64,000 nt of DNA from Trueperaceae bacterium (GTDB taxonomy: Bacteria; Deinococcota; Deinococci; Deinococcales; Trueperaceae). How positions within the stretch are numbered: the first letter of the stretch is position 1; the number at the start of each line of letters is the position of its first letter. Below are positions 1-9,299 of the stretch, in pieces. The notes under the pieces are model-generated. The model was not told where the DNA came from, made no database searches, and was given only the letters and a program-made list of their open reading frames with translations. The stretch lies in assembly GCA_034520945.1 (NCBI GenBank), contig JAXHNB010000001.1, forward strand, positions 288,001 through 352,000, read 5' to 3'. A program made the position numbers and the translations under genes.

Positions 1-76
1 GGAGCAAGAACACCGAAAGCAAGAGCAGAACCGTGATCAGCAGGCGCGTGGCCGTCCGGAGGATCATGCTGTTCAT
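1..76 (-). CDS. mrpB: Mrp antiporter subunit B, 5' end only (window edge)
   Basis: Reads [25 protein letters not shown], matching the mrpB N-terminus at 20366. Its start overlaps the mrpA stop (ATGA). Confidence 0.85.
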   Translation of the reverse strand, partial: MNSMILRTATRLLITVLLLLSVFLL

Positions 77-2535
77 GGCGTGCCCCCCTCCTCGGGCGGA
101 TCCGACCGTTCGGAGGGGTCGCCCGGGCCCTCCCCGTCTCCGGCGTCGCCGTCGGGGTCGCGGCGGCCCGCCGGCATCGGTGCGGCCGCCGCGCGCGAGG
201 ACGCCAGGCTCCGGAACGGTCCTGGGGCGGCGCTCGGGGCGTCGGGATGCGGACGGCTCCGGGCGCGCTGCAGCAGGGAGAACACCCCCGTGGCGGCCAC
301 GGCCAGCACCGTGATCTCGCCGAGCGTGTCCAACGCGCGGAAGTCGACCAGGATCACGTTCACGATGTTTCGGCCGTGGGCGGCGGGGTAGCTCTGCTGC
401 TCGAAGTAGGTCGTGAGGGTGGGGTCGAACGGCGTCGACAGCACCGCCAGCATCAGGGTGGTCAGCAGGATGCCGCCCGTCACCGCCACCACCCCGGCCA
501 GGGCGCGCACGCCGTCCCGGACCGGCTCGCGCAGCAAGGCGTGCGGGAGCCGCACCAGCACCAGCGCCACGATGATCACCACCAGCGTCTCGACCAGGAA
601 CTGCGTGATGGCCAGGTCGGGGGCGGCGAACAGCACGAACACGAATGCGATGCCGAACCCGACCACCCCCAGCGCCGTGATCGCCTCCAGGCGCGAGTGG
701 GCGCGGACCACCGCCAGCGCCGCCACCACCGTGATCAGCAGGAACAGGTACTCGTACACCGTGCCGCCGGTGAATGGCGGGGCGATGCGGAGTCCGCCCT
801 TCACCGCCAGCGTGAGCGCGGTCAGGCCGAACGCGAAGGAGAGGATGATCGTGAGGTAGTGCCGCAGGTCGTTCGACTGCAGCACCCGCGTCTGCCACTG
901 CGCCAGGCGCACCAGTCCCCCCATGGTGTGTTCGTAAGCCTGCGCCGGGCCGAACGATCGCTCGCCGTACCGCCTGCGGAGCATGAGGTGTACGGCCCGC
1001 CAACGCCAGGTGAGAACGGCCCCCAACAGGAGCGTCACCGCCGACAGGCCCAGGGCGGGGGTGAGGCCATGCCACAGGTAGATCGACACCCCGGTCGCAG
1101 CGCCGTGCACCGCGCCGGCGGCCGGCGCCAGCAGACCGTCCTGCACCAGGGCAGGCGCCACCCCGAACACGAGTCCCAGACCGGCCAGCGTCATCGGGCC
1201 CGCCGTCATCGACAGCGGCGCCTCGTGGGGCGCCTTGGGGGCGCGTGGCGTGCCGCCGGCGAAGGGGCGCCACGCCACCAGCACTGTGATCACCACCATC
1301 GCGGCGTTGGCCGCGACCAGGACGGCCAACGGCAGTGGCTGCGACAGGAGCGACTCGTAGACGAGTTCCTTGCCGACGAAGCCGAGCATGGGCAGGATCC
1401 CCGCCGCACTGAGGCCGGCCGCCAGCGCGATGGTCCACGTCACCGGCATCAGGCGCCCCACCCCGGACAACTCGGTGACGTCCCGCGTGCCGGCCTCGTG
1501 ATCCAGGCTTCCGGCCACCATGAACAGCGGCGCCTTGTACAGCGCGTGCGCCAGCATGTACACCACCATGGCGGTGGCGGCGTAGCGGGTGTCGATGCCG
1601 ATCAGCAGCACGAGGGTGCCCAACGCGATCAGCGTCGAGTAGGCCAGCAACCGTTTGGCGTCGCGTTGCAGCAGCGCCAGCACCGCCGCCGCCACCACGG
1701 TGGCTGCGCCCGCCAGCACCAACAGCCAGGTCCACGCCGCGGTGCCGCCCAACGCCGGAGCGGTGCGGGCCAACAGGTACACGCCCGCTTTGACCATGGT
1801 GGCGCTGTGCAGGTAGGCGGACACCGGCGTGGGGGCCGCCATGGCGTTGGGCAGCCAGAAGTGGAACGGGAACTGCGCCGACTTGGTGAACGCGCCGGCG
1901 GCGACCAGTGCCAGCATGGGCAGGTACCACCCCGAGGCGTGCAGGAGCGCTGGATCGGCCAGGATCTCGGAGATGCGGAAGGTGCCGGCGGCGGCGCCCA
2001 TCATCAGGAAGCCTGCCAGCATGGCCAGCCCCCCGGCCGCGGTCACCAGCATGGCCTGCAGCGCGTTGGCGCGGCTGCCGGCGTCCTCGTGGCCGTAGCC
2101 GATCAGGAAGTAGGAGGTGAAGCTGGTCAACTCCCAGAACACGAACAGCGTGATCAGGTCGTCGGCCAGGACGACGCCCAGCATGGCGCCCATGAAGGCG
2201 AACAGCAGCAGGAAAAAGCGTGGCAACTGCCGGTCGCCGCGCAGGTACCCCCCGGCGTACACGGTGATCACCGTGCCGATCCCCGTGATCATCAGCGCGA
2301 ACAAAAGCGACAGGCCGTCCAGGCGGAAGGCCGCGTCGACCCCGAGTTGGGGCACCCACGTCACGCTCTGCACCAGCGCACCGCCGTCGCGCACGGCCGG
2401 CGACAGCGCCAGGAAGTAGGCGGTCAGCCCTCCGGGCAATAGGGCCAGGACCCAGCCGGCGCGGTCGGCCAGCGGCCGGGTCAGGACCGGCGCGGCCAAC
2501 CCGGCGGCGAACGCGGCCAGAACGGCGATCAGCAT
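73..2535 (-). CDS. mrpA: Na+/H+ antiporter Mrp subunit A (intact copy)
   Basis: 820 aa polytopic membrane protein with [50 protein letters not shown] and [18 protein letters not shown] motifs. Confidence 0.95.
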   Translation of the reverse strand: MLIAVLAAFAAGLAAPVLTRPLADRAGWVLALLPGGLTAYFLALSPAVRDGGALVQSVTWVPQLGVDAAFRLDGLSLLFALMITGIGTVITVYAGGYLRGDRQLPRFFLLLFAFMGAMLGVVLADDLITLFVFWELTSFTSYFLIGYGHEDAGSRANALQAMLVTAAGGLAMLAGFLMMGAAAGTFRISEILADPALLHASGWYLPMLALVAAGAFTKSAQFPFHFWLPNAMAAPTPVSAYLHSATMVKAGVYLLARTAPALGGTAAWTWLLVLAGAATVVAAAVLALLQRDAKRLLAYSTLIALGTLVLLIGIDTRYAATAMVVYMLAHALYKAPLFMVAGSLDHEAGTRDVTELSGVGRLMPVTWTIALAAGLSAAGILPMLGFVGKELVYESLLSQPLPLAVLVAANAAMVVITVLVAWRPFAGGTPRAPKAPHEAPLSMTAGPMTLAGLGLVFGVAPALVQDGLLAPAAGAVHGAATGVSIYLWHGLTPALGLSAVTLLLGAVLTWRWRAVHLMLRRRYGERSFGPAQAYEHTMGGLVRLAQWQTRVLQSNDLRHYLTIILSFAFGLTALTLAVKGGLRIAPPFTGGTVYEYLFLLITVVAALAVVRAHSRLEAITALGVVGFGIAFVFVLFAAPDLAITQFLVETLVVIIVALVLVRLPHALLREPVRDGVRALAGVVAVTGGILLTTLMLAVLSTPFDPTLTTYFEQQSYPAAHGRNIVNVILVDFRALDTLGEITVLAVAATGVFSLLQRARSRPHPDAPSAAPGPFRSLASSRAAAAPMPAGRRDPDGDAGDGEGPGDPSERSDPPEEGGTP

Positions 2536-2879
2536 GGCGGCACCCCGGTCGCCTCCCGGGGGGCACGCGGCGGTGCGCCGGCGGGCCTGCGGGCGTCAGG
2601 GGGAACGGTCGTACGGGCCACGGCGGGTCCGTGCGGCCTGCTCATCGATCATGCCTCCTCGGCGCCGGCCCAGGGGGCGGCTGGGTGCGAACATCGGGAC
2701 GCGAACGCGGATCGATCCGAAGCGGCCCAGGGCCGACCGCGGACCGCGTCCGCCCTGCGGGCGGCGGTTCCGCGCGCGTGCGTGACGCCGATTGTATACC
2801 GGGGGCGCGTCCCCCTGGGCATCCCGCCCGGCATGCGGTCGGCACGGGCGGCGTCTGGAGGCCGTCCGTGCGGGCGCCG

Positions 2880-4670
2880 CTACCGTGCGACGCCGGTGGG
2901 TTCCGCTTCGGGCTGCAGGTAGGCGAGGACGCCGCCGGCCCGGTACAGCGCCCGGTCGTACGCCGGCGGCGGCGCGGCTTCGAAGGCGTGACCGTCGATC
3001 CAGACGCGGCCCGCGTCCGGGTCCACGCGCACCACGCTGTCGGGTGCGACGCGCTGGAACGCGTCGGGCGCCGCCAGGGTCAGCACGGGCAGCCCTTCGT
3101 CGCGGGCGCCCGCGAGGTAGACCGGCGCCACGCCGCGTGCCACCACGGCCTGCACGCCGGCTGCGCGCAGGGCCCGCACCGAGGAGGCGCGGTTGCTGCC
3201 GACCCCGAACACCCCGTCGGCCAGCACCACCCCGCCGTCCAGCGCGTCCAGCACCTGCGGACGCGCCGATTCGGGCAGGAGGTGGTGGAACAGCAGGCGG
3301 CGCAGCACGGCCGGGTCCCCGTCCGCGCTGGTGCCGACGCCGGGCACCGCCGAGGGCGTCAGGTCGTCGGTGGTGACGGTGCCGTGCAGCAGCAACGCAT
3401 TGCCGTGGCGCGGCCGTTGCAGGCCGGGTCGGGACCGTGATGGCGCACAGGCGCCCGCCTCGGTGCCGCGCCCGCCGGCGCCCGTCGCGCCGAGCCGGCC
3501 CGTGCGGGCCGCCCGGCCCGCCGTCCGTCCCGAGGCCAACAGGATCTCGGCGTCCGCTGCGCCCATGCGGCCCGCCGCGTTGCGGTTGCCGGTCGTGACC
3601 GCTCGGGCGCCGGGGCCCAGACGGCCGGGGCCGAAGCCGAAGCAGGGGCCGCAGCCCGGCGGGAGCACGGTGACGCCGGCGCGCACGAGCCGTGCCAGCA
3701 CGCCGGATTCGTCCAGCCGGCGCGCCACCTCGCGCGAGGCGGGCGCGACCCAGGCCGGCACGCGCGACCTGGGCCCCAGCGCGTCGGCGAAGGCGGCGAT
3801 CTCCTCGACCGTCCCCCCGGAGCACGTCCCCACGAACACCTGGTCCACGCGGTCCCCCGCCAGGTCGTCCAGTGCCACCACGTCGGAGGCGCTTCCGCCC
3901 CGCGCCACCCGGGGCGTGATCCGGTCCAGGTCCAGACGCAACGCGGCGAACGTGCCCGCCTCCCCCGCGGGCGTGGCGGTCCGCGCGTCCGGCGTGAACA
4001 CGGCGGTGATCGCCGTGGCCTCGGGGGCGGCGTTGGCCAGCACCGCCCGCTCCGAGGCGCTCAGCGACCCTACGCCGTCGCCGAAGAACTCCAGCGCGCG
4101 GCCACAGGCGACCGGAAGGCCCGTCCCGTCGTCGCGGAGGCGGGACAGCAGCGTCAACATGGCGTCCCGCGCGCTGACGCCCGGCGCCAGGCGTCCGCGC
4201 AGCTCCACCCCGACGGTGTGCGGCACCACCAGCGGCAGGTGTCCCGTGTGCATGCAGGCGGCGAACGTGGTCGGCTGAGCGGCGAACGCCGCCGCCCCGA
4301 ACGCGCCCAGGGTGGGTGCGTGCGAGTCGTTGCCGACCACCACGTCGCCGGGGCGCACGTAGCCGGCGGCGGGCAGGACGTGGTGCTGGATGCCCTCCCG
4401 CGCCAGCAGGGTGGCGTCGTACGTTCCTACGAACGCATCCCGCTCGTGCAGGAGCCGCACGGCGCGTTCGCGCTCCTCGCCCTGGTAGGTGCCCGGGTCG
4501 TAGGTGTGGTCGTGCACCAGCACCAGCGGACTGGCGGCGCGCGTCGTCCCCAACGCCTGCAGTGGCGCGCGCAAGGCCGGCGTGGTCCAGTCGTCGGTGA
4601 CCAGCAGATCGATGGCGCGCCGCACCGGCGTGCCCGCCGGGGCGCCCAGCAGGCGCTCGATGGCCGTCAC
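2880..4670 (-). CDS. Aconitase-family [4Fe-4S] dehydratase/isomerase, LeuC-like and LeuD-like domains fused
   Basis: Contains HDH, GNDSHAPTLGAFG, GTCSGG, PGCGPC and TTGNRN, followed by LeuD-like TTDDLTP and FGVGSNR. Likely GTG start at 4670 after GGAG; the ORF is open to 4730. Confidence 0.8.
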   Translation of the reverse strand: MTAIERLLGAPAGTPVRRAIDLLVTDDWTTPALRAPLQALGTTRAASPLVLVHDHTYDPGTYQGEERERAVRLLHERDAFVGTYDATLLAREGIQHHVLPAAGYVRPGDVVVGNDSHAPTLGAFGAAAFAAQPTTFAACMHTGHLPLVVPHTVGVELRGRLAPGVSARDAMLTLLSRLRDDGTGLPVACGRALEFFGDGVGSLSASERAVLANAAPEATAITAVFTPDARTATPAGEAGTFAALRLDLDRITPRVARGGSASDVVALDDLAGDRVDQVFVGTCSGGTVEEIAAFADALGPRSRVPAWVAPASREVARRLDESGVLARLVRAGVTVLPPGCGPCFGFGPGRLGPGARAVTTGNRNAAGRMGAADAEILLASGRTAGRAARTGRLGATGAGGRGTEAGACAPSRSRPGLQRPRHGNALLLHGTVTTDDLTPSAVPGVGTSADGDPAVLRRLLFHHLLPESARPQVLDALDGGVVLADGVFGVGSNRASSVRALRAAGVQAVVARGVAPVYLAGARDEGLPVLTLAAPDAFQRVAPDSVVRVDPDAGRVWIDGHAFEAAPPPAYDRALYRAGGVLAYLQPEAEPTGVAR

Positions 4671-4689
4671 GGGTCGCTCCGGGCGCGGA

Positions 4690-5997
4690 TCACGAACGAG
4701 CGCCGGCCTCGAAGCAGTAGCGGGGCGCATCGAAGCGCCGGGCCAGAGCGATCACGTCGTGGCGGACCCGTTCGATGGCGCGGCGGCCGGTGAGCACGTC
4801 GGCGATGGCGCCCGATAGGTCCGCCATTTCGCCCTCGCCCATGCCGAGGCGGGTGATCTCGGGCACGCCCAGGCGCAGGCCCTTTTGCCCGAGGGTGGGG
4901 ATCAGGTTGACGTTGCCGATCAGGTGTGCGTCGTGCAGGCGCTCCACCGCCTCGTCGGGCGGCATCTGCGGCCGCACGTCCAGCCATACCTGGTGCGACG
5001 CCGTGCGCTGGGCGCCGCCCTGTACGGCGAGCCCGTGTCCGGCCAGCCCCTCCGCCAGCGCCCGGGCATTGGCGAGCATCTGCCGCGCGTAGTCGGCGCC
5101 GAACGCCCGCATCTCGGCCAGGGTCACCGCCAGGGCCGCCACGTGATGGAGATGGAAGTTGGAGACGTGACCGGGGAAGATCGTCGCCTCGACCGCCTCC
5201 ATCAGCTCGTCCCGGTCGGTGAGGATCATGCCCTTCTGCGGGCCTGGCAGCGACTTGTGGCAGCTGCCCGACAGCACGTCGGCCCCCTCGCGGAGCGGGT
5301 CCTGAAAGGTGCCGCCCAGGATCAGGCCGAACACCTGGGACGCGTCGTACACGATGATGGTGTCATTGCCCGCCAGCCGGCGCAGCTCCCGCACCGGGTG
5401 GGGGAACAGCACCATCGACGCGTCCAGGTAGATCACGTCCGGCGGTGCCTCGGCGAAGGCGTGCGCGCACGCGCCCAAGTCCACCACCGCGTTCGTGCGG
5501 TCGAAGGGCAGCAGGTGCCGGTCGGCGCCGATGCGGTCGGCCACGCTGCGGGCCGCGAAGTGGCCGCCGTCCTCCATCGCCAGGTGATAGAACACGTCGC
5601 CCGGCCCGACCAGCGCGTCGATCACGATGTTGGTGCAGTTCTCGCCCGACAGTGGGCGTACGTTGGCGTGGCGGACGCCGAACGCCTCGCGCGCCAGGTC
5701 CTTGGCCGACTCCTCCAGCGTGGCCAGGTGCTTGCCGCCGACGTAGCGCCACTGCGGGTTCTGGAACAGGTAGCGGTGCGAGGCGTCGCTGGCCAGCACG
5801 CGCCGGGCCAACGGGCTGAGCACGTTCTCGGTGGGGACCAGGCCGATGCAGTCGCGGCGGTAGGCGTCGTGCTGGTCCACCGCGGCCAGCACGTCCGCCA
5901 GTTGGGGCACGGCATGGTCCGCCTGGGGCGTGGCCGGGGCGTGATGCCGGGCGTGGGGTGGAGCGAGGGGGGTCGAAGAGGTGGGGGGTCGGGTCAT
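4690..5997 (-). CDS. PLP-dependent SHMT-superfamily enzyme, L-threonine transaldolase-like
   Basis: Contains LVPTENVLSP, NVRPLSG, DGGHFA, YDASQ, SCHKSLPGPQKG (PLP Lys) and GLRLG. It lacks the KYAEGY motif of canonical GlyA. Confidence 0.8.
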   Translation of the reverse strand: MTRPPTSSTPLAPPHARHHAPATPQADHAVPQLADVLAAVDQHDAYRRDCIGLVPTENVLSPLARRVLASDASHRYLFQNPQWRYVGGKHLATLEESAKDLAREAFGVRHANVRPLSGENCTNIVIDALVGPGDVFYHLAMEDGGHFAARSVADRIGADRHLLPFDRTNAVVDLGACAHAFAEAPPDVIYLDASMVLFPHPVRELRRLAGNDTIIVYDASQVFGLILGGTFQDPLREGADVLSGSCHKSLPGPQKGMILTDRDELMEAVEATIFPGHVSNFHLHHVAALAVTLAEMRAFGADYARQMLANARALAEGLAGHGLAVQGGAQRTASHQVWLDVRPQMPPDEAVERLHDAHLIGNVNLIPTLGQKGLRLGVPEITRLGMGEGEMADLSGAIADVLTGRRAIERVRHDVIALARRFDAPRYCFEAGARS

Positions 5998-6319
5998 GAC
6001 GGACACCTGCCAGGGGCTGGGGGCGAGACGGTTGCCGTCGGCGGGGTGCCTGGACGGCGTGGCCTTCGGTGCTGGGCCGATGCCGCGCGGGTGCCTTCAT
6101 TCCGAAAGTGGAAGCCGCGCCCGCTCGACACTGGGCCTAAGGAAACCAAAGATTGCGACGAATTGCAAGCGATCCGAAAGCGACCCGGGGCCCGCCGTCA
6201 CCCGAGTCGAGACGCGGCCGAGGGGGCGTGGACGCCCTGGCGCGGGTCCTGCCCGCGCGAGGACGGCCGGGACGTTCGCCCGCCCGCAGGTTCGGTAGGC
6301 TGACCGGCAAGGAGGCCCC

Positions 6320-6637
6320 ATGGACGTACCCGAGGGCGCACAGGAACAGATGGAGCTGCTGTACGGACGCGAAGCGTGGACGTTGCTGCACGCCTGGATC
6401 GGCGAGGGCGCCGTCCTCGCCGTGGTCGCCGTCGCGGCCGACGGCGTGTTCGACCAGGAGGAGGACGCGTTCAACGTGGACGGCGTACGCCTCGACTACC
6501 TGCAGTTGACGGAGGAGGAGGACGGGGCCTGGTCGTCCAGCGTCGACGCCAGCGCCGAGCTCGGTGACGTGTTTGGCGAGTTGGTGCACGCCTTCGAGCA
6601 TCGCGAACACAGCGGGAGCGAGCCGCTCGAGTCCTGA
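6320..6637 (+). CDS. Small acidic hypothetical protein
   Basis: 105 aa with an AAGGAGG RBS and protein-like composition; identical copy at 26608. Confidence 0.65.
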   Translation: MDVPEGAQEQMELLYGREAWTLLHAWIGEGAVLAVVAVAADGVFDQEEDAFNVDGVRLDYLQLTEEEDGAWSSSVDASAELGDVFGELVHAFEHREHSGSEPLES

Positions 6638-6657
6638 AGCAGGGGCGCGCCCTGGGG

Positions 6658-7200
6658 GTGGCGATGCCTGGGCGACCGCTCCGTGCGTTCGCGCATGGAC
6701 TGTGCCGCAGTGCTGTCGCGCTGGCGTGGGGGGTGCTCCTCGCCGCCTGCGCGCCCGGGCCCACCTCGGGGGTGGTCGCCACGGCGCAGGTCGGTGACGC
6801 GGCCGACGGCGCTAGGGAGGGGGTTTCCCCCCGGGCCGAGCTCGTTGCGCTGGCGAACCGGGCCCGTAGCGAACCGCGCGCCTGCGGCGACAGCTGGTTC
6901 GACGCGGCCGAACCGCTGCAGATCGACCCCACCCTGATGGACGTCGCGCAGGCGCACAGCGAGGATCAGCGCGCCTTGGGCGTGGCCACCCACGTCGGGC
7001 CCGAGGGGCGCGGTCCGTCCGGCCGCGTGGAGGACAGCGTGTACGAATGGTCGCGCGTGGGGGAGAACGTGGCCTCGGGGTACGACTCGGCGCAGAGCCT
7101 CGTCCGGGCGGTCCTGGACAGCGAGGGGCATTGCGCCAACCTCATGGACCCGGACTTCCGCCACACCGGCGTGGGCTACTCCGGCGGCTACTGGACGCAG
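6658..7200 (+). pseudogene. CAP/SCP-domain lipoprotein truncated at the duplication junction; reads through to 7653
   Basis: Matches 26946-27488 (lipobox LAAC, GENVA, SEGHCANL). The final VFATPR* is replaced by non-homologous read-through after YWTQ. Confidence 0.8.
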
Positions 7201-7536
7201 CACGACCCCGACCAAGCCCCAGACGAGCCAGTTCGGCCGGGCCCTTGCGCCCTGGCGGCCCGATCCGTGCGGCGTACCCGCCGGCGGGATCTCCACGCCG
7301 CCTGCCGGAACGTCGGGCGTCCGGTCGACCACCGGCGTGCCCGCCACCCAGTGCAGATAGCCCGCGTCGCCCGGCGTCAGCTCGTCGCTCCAGGCGTACG
7401 CGTGGGACTCCTCGACCTCGAAGGTGCGGCCGGTCCGGTCCGAGCGCCACTCCTGTATGTGCGCCCCTCCCTCCGCGGTGCGGTCCGACCGCACGTAGCG
7501 AACCGCCCAGACGTCGGGATCACGTCGCGAACTCAT
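7201..7536 (-). pseudogene. 5' part of a hypothetical membrane protein cut at the junction
   Basis: ATG at 7536 has a TACACT -10 box 6 nt upstream (leaderless pattern). The protein MSSRRDPDVW... ends within the hydrophobic segment NWLVWGLVGVVL, then runs into antisense CAP sequence. Confidence 0.6.
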
Positions 7537-7834
7537 CCCCCGAGTGTAGCGCCGTGCGCGATCCTCGCCGGTCCCTGCGCCAGCCTCGACGACGCGGCCC
7601 ATCACACTAAGACCACCGCCAGCACGCTCGCGCCCGCCTGCCAGGCGATGTAGCGCGCGTGCATGGCATCCAGCGGGTAAAGCGTCCGACATCGCCGCCC
7701 GCCCCCGGTCGTTACCCTACGAAACGTAATTGCACGCCGGCACGCTCCGCGCTCATCGGTCGACCATCGAGGCGCCCGAGGCCCACCCGGGCCCCATGCC
7801 GTGCCGCGTGCCCCTCGGAAGGGAGGAGTTTTCC

Positions 7835-9214
7835 ATGACGCTCGCATCCATGCGAACGACCCGCATCCCAACTCTCCGCCTCCTCGCAGCCCTACTGCTG
7901 AGCGTGGCGGTGACCGGCCTCGCCCACGCCCAGCAAGGGGGCGAGTCCGAAGACGTCGTCGCCCTCGAGGCCGTGGCCGACGGCTTCAACTCGCCCGTGC
8001 AGCTGGCGTCGCCGCCCGATGACCCGCGCCGCTTCGTGGTCGACCGTGTCGGCGCGATCTACCTGCTGCACGAGGATGGCAGCGTGGCCGACACGCCGTT
8101 CCTGGACCTCCGCGACGAGATCGTCGAGCTGCAGGACGGCTTCGACGAGCGTGGCCTGCTGGGCCTGGCGTTCCACCCCGACTTCAGCGAGAACGGGCGC
8201 TTCTTCGTGTACTACAGCGCTCCGCTGCGGGACGCCGCGCCGGACGACTGGGACCACACCGCCTACGTCTCCGAGTTCAAGACCGCCGAGCCCGAGGAGG
8301 ACGACGCCCCGCGCGGCTCGACCGACACGGCCGACCCGAACACCGAGCGTGTGCTGATGGCCATCGATCAGCCCAACTTCAACCACGACGGCGGCACCCT
8401 GGACTTCGGGCCCGACGGGTACCTCTACATTGGGCTGGGCGACGGCGGCAACGCCGATGACGCCGGCCTTGGACACCAGCCGATGGGCCACGGGCAGGAC
8501 ACCACCTCGCTGCTCGGCAACATCCTGCGGATCGACGTGGACCGCGGCTGGCCCGGCTACGCCGTGCCCGAAGACAACCCGTTCGTGGGTGACCCGACCC
8601 GGCCGAACGAGATCTACTCCTGGGGTTGGCGCAACCCCTGGCGCATGAGCTTCGACGCCGCCGGCAACGGCGACCTGTACGTCGGCACCAACGGGCAGAA
8701 CCTGTGGGAGGCCGTCTACCGCATCCGTGAACCCGGCAACGCCGGCTGGAACATCCTCGAAGGCACGCACTGCTTCGATCCGGACGCCCCGAACACCACG
8801 CCGGCCAGCACGGCCTGCGACACGGTCGGCCCGCAGGGCGAGCCGCTGAAGCTGCCGGTCATCGAGTACCCGCATCCCGGCAACCAAGGCGACTACGAGC
8901 ATGCCGGCATCTCCGTCGTCGGCGGCTACGTCTACCGCGGCGACGACATCCCGGCGCTGCAGGGCCGCTACGTGTTCGGCGACTGGAGCCTCGGCTTCGG
9001 CGAGCCGCAGGGTCAGCTGTTCGTCAGCACGCCGAATGCGTCCCACACCGAGGGCGGCACCTGGGCGCTCGAGCGGTTGGACGTCCTGGACAGCTACATC
9101 CTCGGGTTCGGGCAGGACAGTGAGAACGAGCTGTACGTGCTGACCACGGAGAGCACCGGCCCCACCGGCTCCACCGGCGCCGTGCACAAGCTGGTCCCGG
9201 CGGACGCCGAGTAA
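7835..9214 (+). CDS. Secreted PQQ-dependent soluble sugar dehydrogenase (GSDH beta-propeller)
   Basis: Signal peptide (AHA-Q); ERGLLGLAFHPDF, NHDGGTLDFGPDGYLYIGLGDGG, GWRNPWR and SVVGGYVYRG motifs; GGAGGAG RBS. Confidence 0.88.
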   Translation: MTLASMRTTRIPTLRLLAALLLSVAVTGLAHAQQGGESEDVVALEAVADGFNSPVQLASPPDDPRRFVVDRVGAIYLLHEDGSVADTPFLDLRDEIVELQDGFDERGLLGLAFHPDFSENGRFFVYYSAPLRDAAPDDWDHTAYVSEFKTAEPEEDDAPRGSTDTADPNTERVLMAIDQPNFNHDGGTLDFGPDGYLYIGLGDGGNADDAGLGHQPMGHGQDTTSLLGNILRIDVDRGWPGYAVPEDNPFVGDPTRPNEIYSWGWRNPWRMSFDAAGNGDLYVGTNGQNLWEAVYRIREPGNAGWNILEGTHCFDPDAPNTTPASTACDTVGPQGEPLKLPVIEYPHPGNQGDYEHAGISVVGGYVYRGDDIPALQGRYVFGDWSLGFGEPQGQLFVSTPNASHTEGGTWALERLDVLDSYILGFGQDSENELYVLTTESTGPTGSTGAVHKLVPADAE

Positions 9215-9299
9215 CCCAGCGATCCCGCGTTCGGCACCCCGCCCGCATCTTGCGGCGGGGTGCCGACCTGTCCCGCGACGACGAACGAAAGGACCACGA

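Larger units (their letters stand above)
1..7200. repeat. Copy 1 of a >=7.2 kb direct repeat (copy 2 at 20291-27488); continues beyond the left window edge
   Basis: Direct comparison shows near-identical sequence and ORFs at offsets of 20290, then 20289, then 20288. Identity ends after ...CTACTGGACGCAG at 7200 (=27488). Confidence 0.97.

Noticed and set aside
2596..2652. 18-aa uORF MIDEQAARTRRGPYDRSP in the mrp leader
   Set aside because: Its ATG is only 1 nt from the SD. The ATG at 2645 in another frame has optimal spacing and was preferred.
3759..4085. Diversity-generating retroelement (TR/VR pair) as the explanation for the patchy differences
   Set aside because: The substitutions are mostly G<->C and third-position rather than adenine-specific, and no reverse transcriptase is present in the window.
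5998..6140. ZMP/ZTP, glycine or THF riboswitch upstream of the SHMT-like gene
   Set aside because: I could not find the conserved cores of these classes by eye (e.g. GACUGGCG...CGCCUGGG for ZMP/ZTP).
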